Shown here piece after piece: positions 53,116-61,856 of a DNA stretch of 64,000 nucleotides (its first letter is position 1; each line of letters starts with the position of its first letter). Both the position numbers and the translations under genes were made by a program. The notes beneath the pieces were generated by a model. That model saw only the letters and a list, made by a program, of their open reading frames with translations, was not told the origin of the DNA and made no database searches. Source of the stretch: an uncultured Christensenellaceae bacterium (GTDB lineage: Bacteria > Bacillota > Clostridia > Christensenellales > UBA3700); NCBI GenBank assembly GCA_944383905.1, contig CALWRI010000002.1:36913-100912 (forward strand), written 5' to 3'.

Positions 53116-54276
53116 ATGATAAACATACTCAAACTCAACGAAATCAGTCCCAAAGTCAAGAGCATTCTGTCCGAGCAATCCTACACCGTGGGCTCCGACG
53201 TAAGCAATCCGCAGGCGATACTTCTGAGAAGTTTCTCCATGCACGATTACGAAGTGCCCGCAAGCGTTCAGGCGGTTGCCCGCGCAGGCGCAGGCGTCAA
53301 CAATATTCCGATAAGCAAGATGACCGAAAAGGGAATCTGCGTATTCAACACCCCGGGCGCAAACGCAAACGCGGTCAAAGAGCTCGTGATAGCAGGTATG
53401 CTTCTCGGCAGCCGCAAGATAGTGCAAGGTATAAATTGGACGCAGTCCCTCAAAGGCGACGACGTGGACAAACAGGTCGAAAAAGGCAAAAAGGCTTTCG
53501 TCGGTCAGGAGATCCAGGGCAAGACCCTCGGCGTCGTCGGTCTCGGCGCGATCGGCAGACTCGTCGCAAACATTGCGATCGAACTCGGTATGACCGTGCT
53601 CGGCTACGATCCTTACCTCAGCGTTGACGGCGCTCTTATGCTCGACAAAAACGTCGTTCACATCACCGACGTCAACCAGCTTTTCGCCGAAGCGGATTAT
53701 GTGACCCTTCACGTCCCCGCCACCGAACAGACCAAAAACATCATCAACGAACAGAGCATCAACACGATGAAGACGGGCGTTGTGATTCTCAACTTCGCAA
53801 GAGGCGAGCTCGTCAACAACGCGGACGTCGTCGAAGCGGTAAAGAGCGGCAAAGTCGGCAGATACGTCACCGACCTTCCCAAGTCGGAACTCCTCGGCAT
53901 CGACAACATCATCACCATTCCCCACCTCGGCGCTTCCACCCCCGAAGCGGAAGACAACTGCGCGGTAATGGCTGCTCGTCAGCTCAAGGACTTCCTCGAA
54001 AACGGCAACGTGGTCAACAGCGTAAACTTCCCGTCCGCTTCCGCTCCGAGAACGGGCGTTTGCCGCGTGAGCATATTGCACAAGAACGTCGCCAATATGA
54101 TCGCGACCGCGACGTCGTTCATAGCAAAAAAAGGCATCAACATCGCAAACCTTGTCTCCGCATCCAGAGGCGAGATCGGCTATATGTTGCTCGACGTCGA
54201 CGCCAACGTGGACGAAGAGACGATCAGGCAGATGCAGAATCAGGAAGGATTTATCAAAGTCAGAGTGTTCGACTGA
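53116..54276 (+). CDS. serA: D-3-phosphoglycerate dehydrogenase
   Basis: GVVGLGAIGRLVA (NAD site), HVPAT, PHLGAST and a C-terminal ACT-like domain. Confidence 0.9.
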   Translation: MINILKLNEISPKVKSILSEQSYTVGSDVSNPQAILLRSFSMHDYEVPASVQAVARAGAGVNNIPISKMTEKGICVFNTPGANANAVKELVIAGMLLGSRKIVQGINWTQSLKGDDVDKQVEKGKKAFVGQEIQGKTLGVVGLGAIGRLVANIAIELGMTVLGYDPYLSVDGALMLDKNVVHITDVNQLFAEADYVTLHVPATEQTKNIINEQSINTMKTGVVILNFARGELVNNADVVEAVKSGKVGRYVTDLPKSELLGIDNIITIPHLGASTPEAEDNCAVMAARQLKDFLENGNVVNSVNFPSASAPRTGVCRVSILHKNVANMIATATSFIAKKGINIANLVSASRGEIGYMLLDVDANVDEETIRQMQNQEGFIKVRVFD

Positions 54277-54295
54277 TAAGCCATACGAAAACGAA

Positions 54296-54328
54296 AAAGA
54301 CGTCTCCTTTACGAGAGACGTCTTTTTT
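54296..54328 (+). terminator. rho-independent terminator of serC-serA
   Basis: AAAGACGTCTC-ctttacga-GAGACGTCTTT extending into a T-run. Confidence 0.85.
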
Positions 54329-54461
54329 ATGCGCCAACGCTGTCTTTCCCGTTTCTTCACCCTTTTACAAAAAACCGCAACCTTGTCAAGACAAGACAGC
54401 CCTCCTCGACCGCGAAAAAAGAAAAACGATATGCCCGGCAAAGCGAATATCCGCGCTTGCG

Positions 54462-54499
54462 GCAAAACGAAAACCGCGAGCCACTGCGGTACGCGGTTT
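54462..54499 (-). terminator. rho-independent terminator of the MMPL gene
   Basis: On the minus strand: AAACCGCG-13 nt-CGCGGTTT followed by TCGTTTT. Confidence 0.7.
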
Positions 54500-54529
54500 T
54501 CAAACGGAGAATATAACGTAGAGAACTTC

Positions 54530-56830
54530 TTATTGAGACTGCTTCTGCTCTGCCTTTTTGGCGTAGTCGCGCCTTATCGCCCTGTTGCGCAGTCGTTTTA
54601 TTCTTCTCGTTTCCAGCTTTTGATTGCCGGTTGAGATTATCAACAACGCCGGTAGCAACACAAGCACAAGCACGCCGCTTATCACCGCGCCTCTTGCGAT
54701 CATCAACGTGATCTCGCTGACAATTATATTGGTGGTGATCAGAGATACCGACAGACAGCAGCCTGCGAGTATGGCGACCGAAGTCATTATCGAAACGCCG
54801 CTTTCGGTAAGTGCGGCATACGCAGCCTCTCTAGCCGAACGCAGACCGAGATATTTCTGATATTTGACGGTATACAATATAGCATAATCGACTGTCGCGC
54901 CGAGCTGGATCGAACTCAATATGATATATGCCATAAAGTTTATGCTCTGCGAGAAGACGTAGCTGATCGACAAGTTGATGAATATACCGAATTCGATGAC
55001 GAGCACGACGATCGTAGACATCTTAACCGACCGCAGAGTGAACAGAAGTATTACAAGGATAATGGCGATCGAGACGAGAGAAACGACCATAAAATCGGTA
55101 GGAGTGATATCCTGAAGATCGCTGACAGCCTGCGTCATGCCCGTAATGTAATACTCCCCGCTTCCGAACGTATCGTCGAGGATCGACCTGATCTCCTTGA
55201 GCGCGGTCGTTCCTTCGGTCGACTCCGGATCCACGTCGAGCATTACCGAATACATGGTATACCCGTTGTTCAGATATCCCGTGATCATGGACATATCCAT
55301 GCCGGAATTCTGCATAAGTTTGCTCAATCTTTCGTCGCTGACGAGATTGACGATGCCTTCCGCTGTATCCTCGGGGAGCATGGAGAACAATCCCATGACC
55401 GCATTGACGTCGTCGCGGGCGTTTATCTTTTCAAGGAACTCGTATTGCAGCGCCACGTTGCTATCGCCGTCTATCCTTTCCGTCGTCGCGGGCACTATTA
55501 CGACGAGCGAATTGCTCAACTCGTCCACTTTTTGAGTCACAACGCTCGGATTGGGATCTTCTTCAACAAATTTGATATACGACAGTTGAACGAGATTTTG
55601 CAATATTATCGAAGGGATCAACAGCGCAAGAGCTATCGTTACTATCGTCTTTCTGTGCGTAACTGCGAAAGAAGCTACATTTTTGAACTTGGGGACGATT
55701 ATCCTGTGCTGGGTCTTTCTCGCGATCTTCTTTGTAAGAAGCATCAGACACGGTTGCAACAAGATGACCGTGAGAAGGCTGAGGAACACGCCTTTTGCAA
55801 GAACGAGACCGAGGTCTTCTCCGATCTTGAAGCGCATCGCGAACAACGCCAGGAAGCCGCCGACCGTAGTGAGCGCGGACGCGGAGATCGTGGAAAAGGT
55901 CTTGGGTATCGCCCTCTGCATTGCAAGGCTGTCGTCGAGCGTCTTCTTTTGTTCTTCGGCAAACGCATGCATGAGGAATATCGCATAGTCCATTGACAGC
56001 GCGAGCTGAAGCACGGACGAAGCCGCATATGTCACGACGGAAACGCTGGGCAGAATTATGTTCGTACCCATGTTTACCAGGATCGAAACGCCGAGAGTGA
56101 GCATGAGCACTATCGGATCTATTATCGAATTTGTGGTAAGAAGAAGAATAATGAACATGACGAGCACGGCGACGACGATGTATTTGCCGATCTCGCCTAT
56201 CGTGCTGTCGAATATCTCGCGGGTGATTTGCGTGCTTCCTCCCATCGCATAGTCGAAGCCCTTATCCTGCAAAGTTTTTTCTATCCCTTTGAGAAGGTTG
56301 AGCGCTTCGTCCGACGAGCTCGGCACGTTGAGCTGAAGGATCACCCTGTAAACGTTGTTTTCCTGATCGTAAAAAATCTTTTGAATTTCGGGATTTTCAG
56401 ACATCTGCGATGTCATTTCTTTCAGATCGTCGATAGTCAGACCGTAATCCATGATGAGCGCGTTGACAAATGCGGATATTACCGGATCGTCGAGTCTCGA
56501 CCAGTCGATATCCTGCATATCTTTGAGCAATCCGTACCAGATCACCCCGCCGGCTTTTATGCCTTCCTGCGATTCGATATAAGAGACGATCTCCTGCATT
56601 TCCTCATAAGAGGTTCCCTGTACGCCTATGATAGCGTCCCCCTGCATATCGAAGTTGTCCTTCATGAAATTCATGCCCGTGGTCATATCCACTTCTTCGG
56701 GAAGATAGGAAAGGATGTCTGAATTGACATTTACGAACGACAATGCAAAGAGCGAAGCTATCATGACAAGAAGCGTCAGCCCAAGGATAAGCAGCTTGTA
56801 TTTTACTATAAACTTTGCAAAGCGTTTCAT
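54530..56830 (-). CDS. MMPL/RND-superfamily membrane transporter
   Basis: 766-aa ORF with two 6-TM bundles separated by large loops. The N-terminus is MKRFAKFIVKYKLLILGLTLL. Confidence 0.85.
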   Translation of the reverse strand: MKRFAKFIVKYKLLILGLTLLVMIASLFALSFVNVNSDILSYLPEEVDMTTGMNFMKDNFDMQGDAIIGVQGTSYEEMQEIVSYIESQEGIKAGGVIWYGLLKDMQDIDWSRLDDPVISAFVNALIMDYGLTIDDLKEMTSQMSENPEIQKIFYDQENNVYRVILQLNVPSSSDEALNLLKGIEKTLQDKGFDYAMGGSTQITREIFDSTIGEIGKYIVVAVLVMFIILLLTTNSIIDPIVLMLTLGVSILVNMGTNIILPSVSVVTYAASSVLQLALSMDYAIFLMHAFAEEQKKTLDDSLAMQRAIPKTFSTISASALTTVGGFLALFAMRFKIGEDLGLVLAKGVFLSLLTVILLQPCLMLLTKKIARKTQHRIIVPKFKNVASFAVTHRKTIVTIALALLIPSIILQNLVQLSYIKFVEEDPNPSVVTQKVDELSNSLVVIVPATTERIDGDSNVALQYEFLEKINARDDVNAVMGLFSMLPEDTAEGIVNLVSDERLSKLMQNSGMDMSMITGYLNNGYTMYSVMLDVDPESTEGTTALKEIRSILDDTFGSGEYYITGMTQAVSDLQDITPTDFMVVSLVSIAIILVILLFTLRSVKMSTIVVLVIEFGIFINLSISYVFSQSINFMAYIILSSIQLGATVDYAILYTVKYQKYLGLRSAREAAYAALTESGVSIMTSVAILAGCCLSVSLITTNIIVSEITLMIARGAVISGVLVLVLLPALLIISTGNQKLETRRIKRLRNRAIRRDYAKKAEQKQSQ

Positions 56831-57073
56831 ACTCTAAATATATTACATTAATCGGTATTTGTAAATTGCCTTTCCTGAAATCCGAAGCGGTTTTACAAAC
56901 AATTTACCAAAGCGCGCGGCTGTTGTAAAATGTGCGTAAAATCTCTTTCGCCGTCATTTGTCGTAGTACTTTGACAAGCTCTTTTCGTCACGCAATTTCA
57001 CGCGCGCATTATTATATTATCCACATATAGATATGATTAAGAACACCTTTTTGCCGGTCATCGGAATATTTCA

Positions 57074-57116
57074 GAAAAAAATACGTCCGCCCCGGAACGG
57101 GACGGACGGTTTTTTC
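57074..57116. terminator. bidirectional terminator downstream of pckG
   Basis: CGTCCGCCCC-ggaac-GGGACGGACG, flanked by A8 on one side and T6 on the other. Confidence 0.8.
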
Positions 57117-57155
57117 TTTGGCGATATCTCTTTTCCTAACCGCAGGAAAAAAGGA

Positions 57156-58934
57156 TTACGCGTTGATCTTCTTTTCGAGCTCTTCAGCCTGCTTTGCCAA
57201 CTCTTTGGGGAGCTTGTCGCCAAACTTCGCATAGAACTCTTTGATGCCTTCGACCTCTTTCTTCCAATTCTCCTTGTCGATAGCGAGAAGACCCTTGACG
57301 GTGTCGACGCTCATGTCGAGACCTTCAATGTTGATATCCTCTGCCTTCGGGACGTAACCGATAGCGGTCTCTTCCGCTTCGACCTCTCCGGCGATCCTCT
57401 TGAGCATCCAGTCGAGTACTCTCATGTTGTCGCCGAAGCCCGGCCAGATGAAGTGACCTTCGTCGTCGGTCCTGAACCAGTTGACGTTGAAGAACTTGGG
57501 CTGCTTGTCCTTGTCGACGGTCTTGCCCATATCGAGCCAGTGCTGCCAATAGTCACCCATGTTGTATCCGCAGAACGGGAGCATAGCCATAGGATCGCGT
57601 CTTACCACGCCGACAGCGCCTGCCGCAGCAGCGGTGGTCTCGCTTGCCATGATGGAGCCGACGAATACGCCGTTGTCCCAGTCTTTAGCCTGATATACGA
57701 GCGGAGCGGTCTTTGCACGTCTGCCGCCGAAGATGAACGCACTGAGCGGAACGCCGTTGCCGTTCTCGAATTCGGGGCTGATGCAGGGGCAGTTTACAGC
57801 GGGAGCGGTAAATCTGCTGTTCGGATGAGCGCCCTTCTCCGTGGAGGTCTTGCCGTTCCAGGGATTGCCCTTCCAGTCGATAGCGTGCTCGGGCGGATTC
57901 TTGTCGAGTCCTTCCCACCACACGGTGTTGTTTTCGAGGTTGTGGCACACATTGGTAAAGATGGTGTTCTTTCTGGTAGCCGCAAGCGCGTTGGGATTGG
58001 ACTTCTGGTTTGTGCCGGGAGCGACGCCGAAGAAGCCGTTTTCGGGGTTGATGGCATAAAGTCTGCCGTCCTTACCCTTTCTGATCCATGCAATATCGTC
58101 GCCTACGCAGAACACCTTGTAACCGTTCTTGCGATAACCTTCCGGCGGAATGAGCATAGCCAGGTTGGTTTTGCCGCAAGCGGACGGGAACGCCGCCGCC
58201 ATGTAAACGGTCTCTTTGTTGGGTTTCTCGATGCCGAGGATGAGCATATGCTCTGCCATCCAATTCTCATTCTTGCCCTGATAAGAAGCTATACGCAGAG
58301 CAAAGCACTTCTTGCCGAGAAGGACGTTGCCGCCGTATGCGCTGTTGACGGAAATGATCGCGTTGTCCTCGGGGAACTGGCAAATGTATCTCTTTTCGGG
58401 ATCCACGTCGCATTTAGCGTGCGTGCCTCTGACGAAATCGTTGCTGTCGCCGAGAGCTTTGAGCACGTCCTTGCCAACGCGGGTCATGATCCTCATGTTG
58501 AGAACGACGTAGATGCTGTCGGTCACTTCGATACCGATCTTGGAAAGAGCGCCGCCGACAGGACCCATCGAGAACGGAATGACGTACATCGTTCTGCCCT
58601 TGTAAGCGCCGTCGAGAATGCCGTAAAGCGTAGCGTACGCTTCTTCGGGCTTCCACCAGTTGTTGGTGGGGCCGCAGTCCTCTTTGGTACGGGAGCAGAT
58701 AAAGGTTCTGTTCTCAACGCGGGCAACGTCGTTTTCCTTCGTGCGGTGGAGCAAACAACCGGGGAGGAGCTCCTCGTTGAGTTTGATCATCTCGCCGGTA
58801 GAAATAGCCTCTGCCGTCAGCTTGTCGTAAAGCTCGTCGGAGCCGTCGATCCAGACAACTTTGTCGGGTTGGCAACGCTTGACGGTCTCTTCGACGAAAG
58901 CAAGCACTTGCTTGTTGGAAGTCAAATCTGTCAT
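57156..58934 (-). CDS. pckG: phosphoenolpyruvate carboxykinase (GTP)
   Basis: 592 aa containing FPSACGKTNLAM and WMAEHMLILG, which are typical of GTP-PEPCK. Confidence 0.93.
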   Translation of the reverse strand: MTDLTSNKQVLAFVEETVKRCQPDKVVWIDGSDELYDKLTAEAISTGEMIKLNEELLPGCLLHRTKENDVARVENRTFICSRTKEDCGPTNNWWKPEEAYATLYGILDGAYKGRTMYVIPFSMGPVGGALSKIGIEVTDSIYVVLNMRIMTRVGKDVLKALGDSNDFVRGTHAKCDVDPEKRYICQFPEDNAIISVNSAYGGNVLLGKKCFALRIASYQGKNENWMAEHMLILGIEKPNKETVYMAAAFPSACGKTNLAMLIPPEGYRKNGYKVFCVGDDIAWIRKGKDGRLYAINPENGFFGVAPGTNQKSNPNALAATRKNTIFTNVCHNLENNTVWWEGLDKNPPEHAIDWKGNPWNGKTSTEKGAHPNSRFTAPAVNCPCISPEFENGNGVPLSAFIFGGRRAKTAPLVYQAKDWDNGVFVGSIMASETTAAAAGAVGVVRRDPMAMLPFCGYNMGDYWQHWLDMGKTVDKDKQPKFFNVNWFRTDDEGHFIWPGFGDNMRVLDWMLKRIAGEVEAEETAIGYVPKAEDINIEGLDMSVDTVKGLLAIDKENWKKEVEGIKEFYAKFGDKLPKELAKQAEELEKKINA

Positions 58935-59369
58935 ATATGATTCTCCTTATAAAATATATTTCAAATATTATTTGCAAAAACGCGTTTCCGACACGTCCCC
59001 GCAATTGTTAATATTATATCAAACATTGCGCTTTTTGGCAATTAAAATATTCTTATTTTTCGACGCGTTTGATTTAATTGCGCGTGCGCGGCGGCACGTC
59101 GGCGATTGAGCAACAAAACGCTCACGTTTGAGTATGACGTTTTGTCTCCGCCTATGCGAAGCCGCCGCACTGCATTTTTAACGAGCGATTCAGACAAAAC
59201 TTTGTATCTGCCGATCGACCTCTCTCCTGCCGCAAAAATAAGCGAACGGCGATGAAAACGATAATGAAATCTTTGCATAAAACGACATTTATATGCTAAA
59301 ATCATATTGTTTTTAAGATTTGTTTCATAGATAGAGCATATACTCTTTTACAAATAAAGGGAGGACAAT

Positions 59370-60701
59370 ATGAACACTCGAAAAAGAATTGCGACTGCGG
59401 TAATAGCGGTAGTGATCACGGTGCTCGCGGCAGTGCTTCTCTGCTCCTGCATTGAGGGCGACGCAGGACTCTCCGCATACGAGATTGCCGTCAAAAACGG
59501 CTTTGAAGGCACCGAGGCGGAATGGCTCGAAAGCCTCAAAGGTACGGACGGAAAAGACGGCGAGGACGGCGAAGACGGTGTTGACGGCACAAACGGCACG
59601 AACGGTAAAGACGCGTTCAGTCTCGACGAGCTGATAGACTACTATCTCCAATCCAATCCCGGCTCCACCGTCGAAGACTTCTACTCTTCTCTCGGTCTCG
59701 ACGTCACCCCAAGCATAACTTCCACGGTGCAGAAAGCTCTTTCGAGCTCCGTCGGAATAATCTGCGCCAGCCCTTACTCCACTCCTATGGGACAGAGCGA
59801 ACACCTCTGGTCGGGATCGGGCGTGATCTACAAGATAAGCGGCAACACCGCGTATATCATCACCAACTACCACGTCGTATACGACAGCTATAAATATCAG
59901 TATTGCACCGACATCACGGTTTACCTTTACAATCAAGTGCTCGAAGACGACATGATAAGCGCGACCGTGGTCGGAGCTTCGAAGGACAACGACATCGCGG
60001 TGATAAAGGCGACGTCGGATATGTTCCTCGAAGATACCGTCTCAACGGTCAGAGTCAACACTACCGATCCCGTTGCGGGACAGGCGACTTTCGCTGTCGG
60101 CTGCCCGACCCTTTACACCTTCTCCGTGACTTCGGGCATCGTATCCGTCGAATCGGAATACATCACGACGGAATCTTCCGAAAAAGTGCGCGTATACCGC
60201 ACCGACGCCGCTCTCAACAGCGGTAACTCCGGCGGCGGAATGTTCAACGAATACGGCGAACTGATGGGTATATCCGACGCAAAGTCCGCCGACACGAGCG
60301 ACGACAACATCTGTTATGCGATACCCGCGTCTCTCGCGATAGCCGTTGCCGACAACATAATAGAAAACGAAGGCATGCGCTTTATGCTGGGCATACAGAT
60401 GCAGCTCGTCGATATGGATACGATGTACGACGATAACGGCATACTGCGCACCGTCTACACCTACAAGGTTCTCGAAATCTCCGCAAACTCGGCGGTCGAA
60501 GGACTCCTTGGAGCGGAAGATATTCTTGTGTCCGTGTCGATAAACGGCGATGAAGCCGTCGCGATCGACACTTCTTTCCGAGCGCAGGAATACCTGATGA
60601 CGGCACGTTACGGCGACGAGATCACAATCAACGTGACGAGAAACGGAGAACCCGTCAGCGTTACTTTGACGGCGGACGAAAGTCATTTCTCGGCGATCTG
60701 A
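59370..60701 (+). CDS. trypsin-like (S1C-type) serine protease with an N-terminal anchor and a collagen-like Gly-X-Y segment
   Basis: TNYHVV, DIAVIKA and NSGNSGGGMF form the catalytic triad context. Residues 58-81 are 8 G-X-Y triplets. RBS is GGGAGG. Confidence 0.8.
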   Translation: MNTRKRIATAVIAVVITVLAAVLLCSCIEGDAGLSAYEIAVKNGFEGTEAEWLESLKGTDGKDGEDGEDGVDGTNGTNGKDAFSLDELIDYYLQSNPGSTVEDFYSSLGLDVTPSITSTVQKALSSSVGIICASPYSTPMGQSEHLWSGSGVIYKISGNTAYIITNYHVVYDSYKYQYCTDITVYLYNQVLEDDMISATVVGASKDNDIAVIKATSDMFLEDTVSTVRVNTTDPVAGQATFAVGCPTLYTFSVTSGIVSVESEYITTESSEKVRVYRTDAALNSGNSGGGMFNEYGELMGISDAKSADTSDDNICYAIPASLAIAVADNIIENEGMRFMLGIQMQLVDMDTMYDDNGILRTVYTYKVLEISANSAVEGLLGAEDILVSVSINGDEAVAIDTSFRAQEYLMTARYGDEITINVTRNGEPVSVTLTADESHFSAI

Positions 60702-60797
60702 AAAACGCATTACGCAACAAAAAACGCGCCTTAATACGAGGCGCGTTTTTTTGTTGTCTCTTTCCCTCTCTTTCGCCTAAAGCGCGATCCTTTCCTT

Positions 60798-61448
60798 TCA
60801 GACGGCTTTTATCAGTCTGACCTTTTTCTTTTGGAGCTCTATGAGACCGTCCGCCTGCATACTGGACAGCTCTCTCGTCATCGCGCTCCTGTCCGCACAG
60901 ATATATTCCGCAAGCCTCGTCACCGACATCGGCAGATAAAACTCGTCGCCGTATCTCTTTGCCAGAATGCGAAAATAATACAGCAGTTTTTCCCTCGTCG
61001 TCTTTTTGGACAGTATCTCTATCCTTCTACTCAAAGACAACGTCTTTTTCGCAATGAGGCCGAACATATTGGAAACAAGCCTGCTGTGATGAGCGCACGC
61101 GTTTTCGCACCTCTTGGTTATCTGCGAGTATTTTATGAACATCACCTCGCAGTCGCTTTCCGCCACAACCCTTACGCTGTCGCCGTTCTCGTTTGCAAAT
61201 GCAAGCACTTCACCGAATATGTCGCCTTCGTCAAAGAGCTCGAGCACGGCTATCTCCCCGTCCTCGTCCGTGCGCGTCATTGCAGCTCTCCCGTACATCA
61301 TGACCCCGACCTCGTCGCCGTCTCCCGCATAGTCGCAGACGGTCGCGCCCGCTTTGAAACGTCTGAACGTCGCGCCGAAACAACACATCATTTTTCCGAC
61401 GTCGTCTCCCGATATCCCTTCAAACAGATCGATTTTCGAAAATCTCAT
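60798..61448 (-). CDS. Crp/Fnr-family transcriptional regulator
   Basis: A cNMP-binding-like N-terminal domain plus a C-terminal HTH (MSVTRLAEYICADRSAMTRELSSM). ATG at 61448 follows GAGGAAAAAT. Confidence 0.85.
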   Translation of the reverse strand: MRFSKIDLFEGISGDDVGKMMCCFGATFRRFKAGATVCDYAGDGDEVGVMMYGRAAMTRTDEDGEIAVLELFDEGDIFGEVLAFANENGDSVRVVAESDCEVMFIKYSQITKRCENACAHHSRLVSNMFGLIAKKTLSLSRRIEILSKKTTREKLLYYFRILAKRYGDEFYLPMSVTRLAEYICADRSAMTRELSSMQADGLIELQKKKVRLIKAV

Positions 61449-61461
61449 ATTTTTCCTCAAA

Positions 61462-61479
61462 ATGTTGCATTTGCAACAT
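61462..61479. promoter_or_regulatory. perfect 18-bp palindrome ATGTTGCA-TT-TGCAACAT, candidate Crp/Fnr-type operator
   Basis: It lies between the divergent Crp/Fnr gene and the nrdD-like/fprA operon. Its centre is about 42 bp upstream of the start site predicted from TGtTATATT (61498-61506). Confidence 0.5.
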
Positions 61480-61559
61480 ATATATTTTCACAAAATATGT
61501 TATATTATATACGGTTAAAAGTAAAGCGATTAAGAAAACTAATTAGCGGGAGGACAAAA

Positions 61560-61826
61560 ATGATAAAAGTAAACGTAAACGGCGGCAATCTCGACCAGAA
61601 AGAAATCGACGCATACGTCGAGCACGGCAAGAAGAAATACCCCGACAAGAACATAACGCAGATGGACATCAACGTCGACGGCGATTATGTCGACATCAAA
61701 TACACTTTCGAAAACATACCTTTTGAAAGAATTCGTCGCATCACCGGCTATCTCGTCGGCACTCTCGACCGCTTCAACAATGCAAAGCGCGCCGAAGAGA
61801 GAGACAGAGTGAAACACGGCATCTGA
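61560..61826 (+). CDS. stand-alone 88-aa protein with an NrdD-type glycyl-radical C-terminal motif
   Basis: The C-terminus RIRRITGYLVGTLDRFNNAKRAEERDRVKHGI matches the class III RNR signature R-[IV]-x-G-Y-L...N-x-[AG]-K-x-x-E...R-V-K-H as I recall it. RBS is GGGAGG. The protein has no Cys. Confidence 0.7.
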   Translation: MIKVNVNGGNLDQKEIDAYVEHGKKKYPDKNITQMDINVDGDYVDIKYTFENIPFERIRRITGYLVGTLDRFNNAKRAEERDRVKHGI

Positions 61827-61856
61827 AATCACACTTCACAAAGGAGACAGCAGATT

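Noticed and set aside
52006-54465. An 819-aa ORF on the minus strand, the longest ORF in the window.
   Set aside because: It lies exactly antisense to serC and serA, which have unmistakable motifs on the plus strand. Its sequence is Val/Asp/Ala/Gly/His/Arg-rich low complexity with no motif. It is a shadow ORF caused by the G/C preference at codon position 3.
57033-58940. A 635-aa plus-strand ORF. Similar long antisense ORFs occur at 3373-5103, 14154-15260, 15305-17140, 26066-27778, 32635-34041, 42889-44100, 19946-20920 and 61965-63143.
   Set aside because: Each is the mirror frame of a gene with clear family motifs (pckG, leuA, dgt, ilvE/yigZ, the NSS transporter, uvrC, DUF512, GGGtGRT, fprA). 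They lack SDs and have Arg/Val/Asp-rich composition typical of antisense translation.
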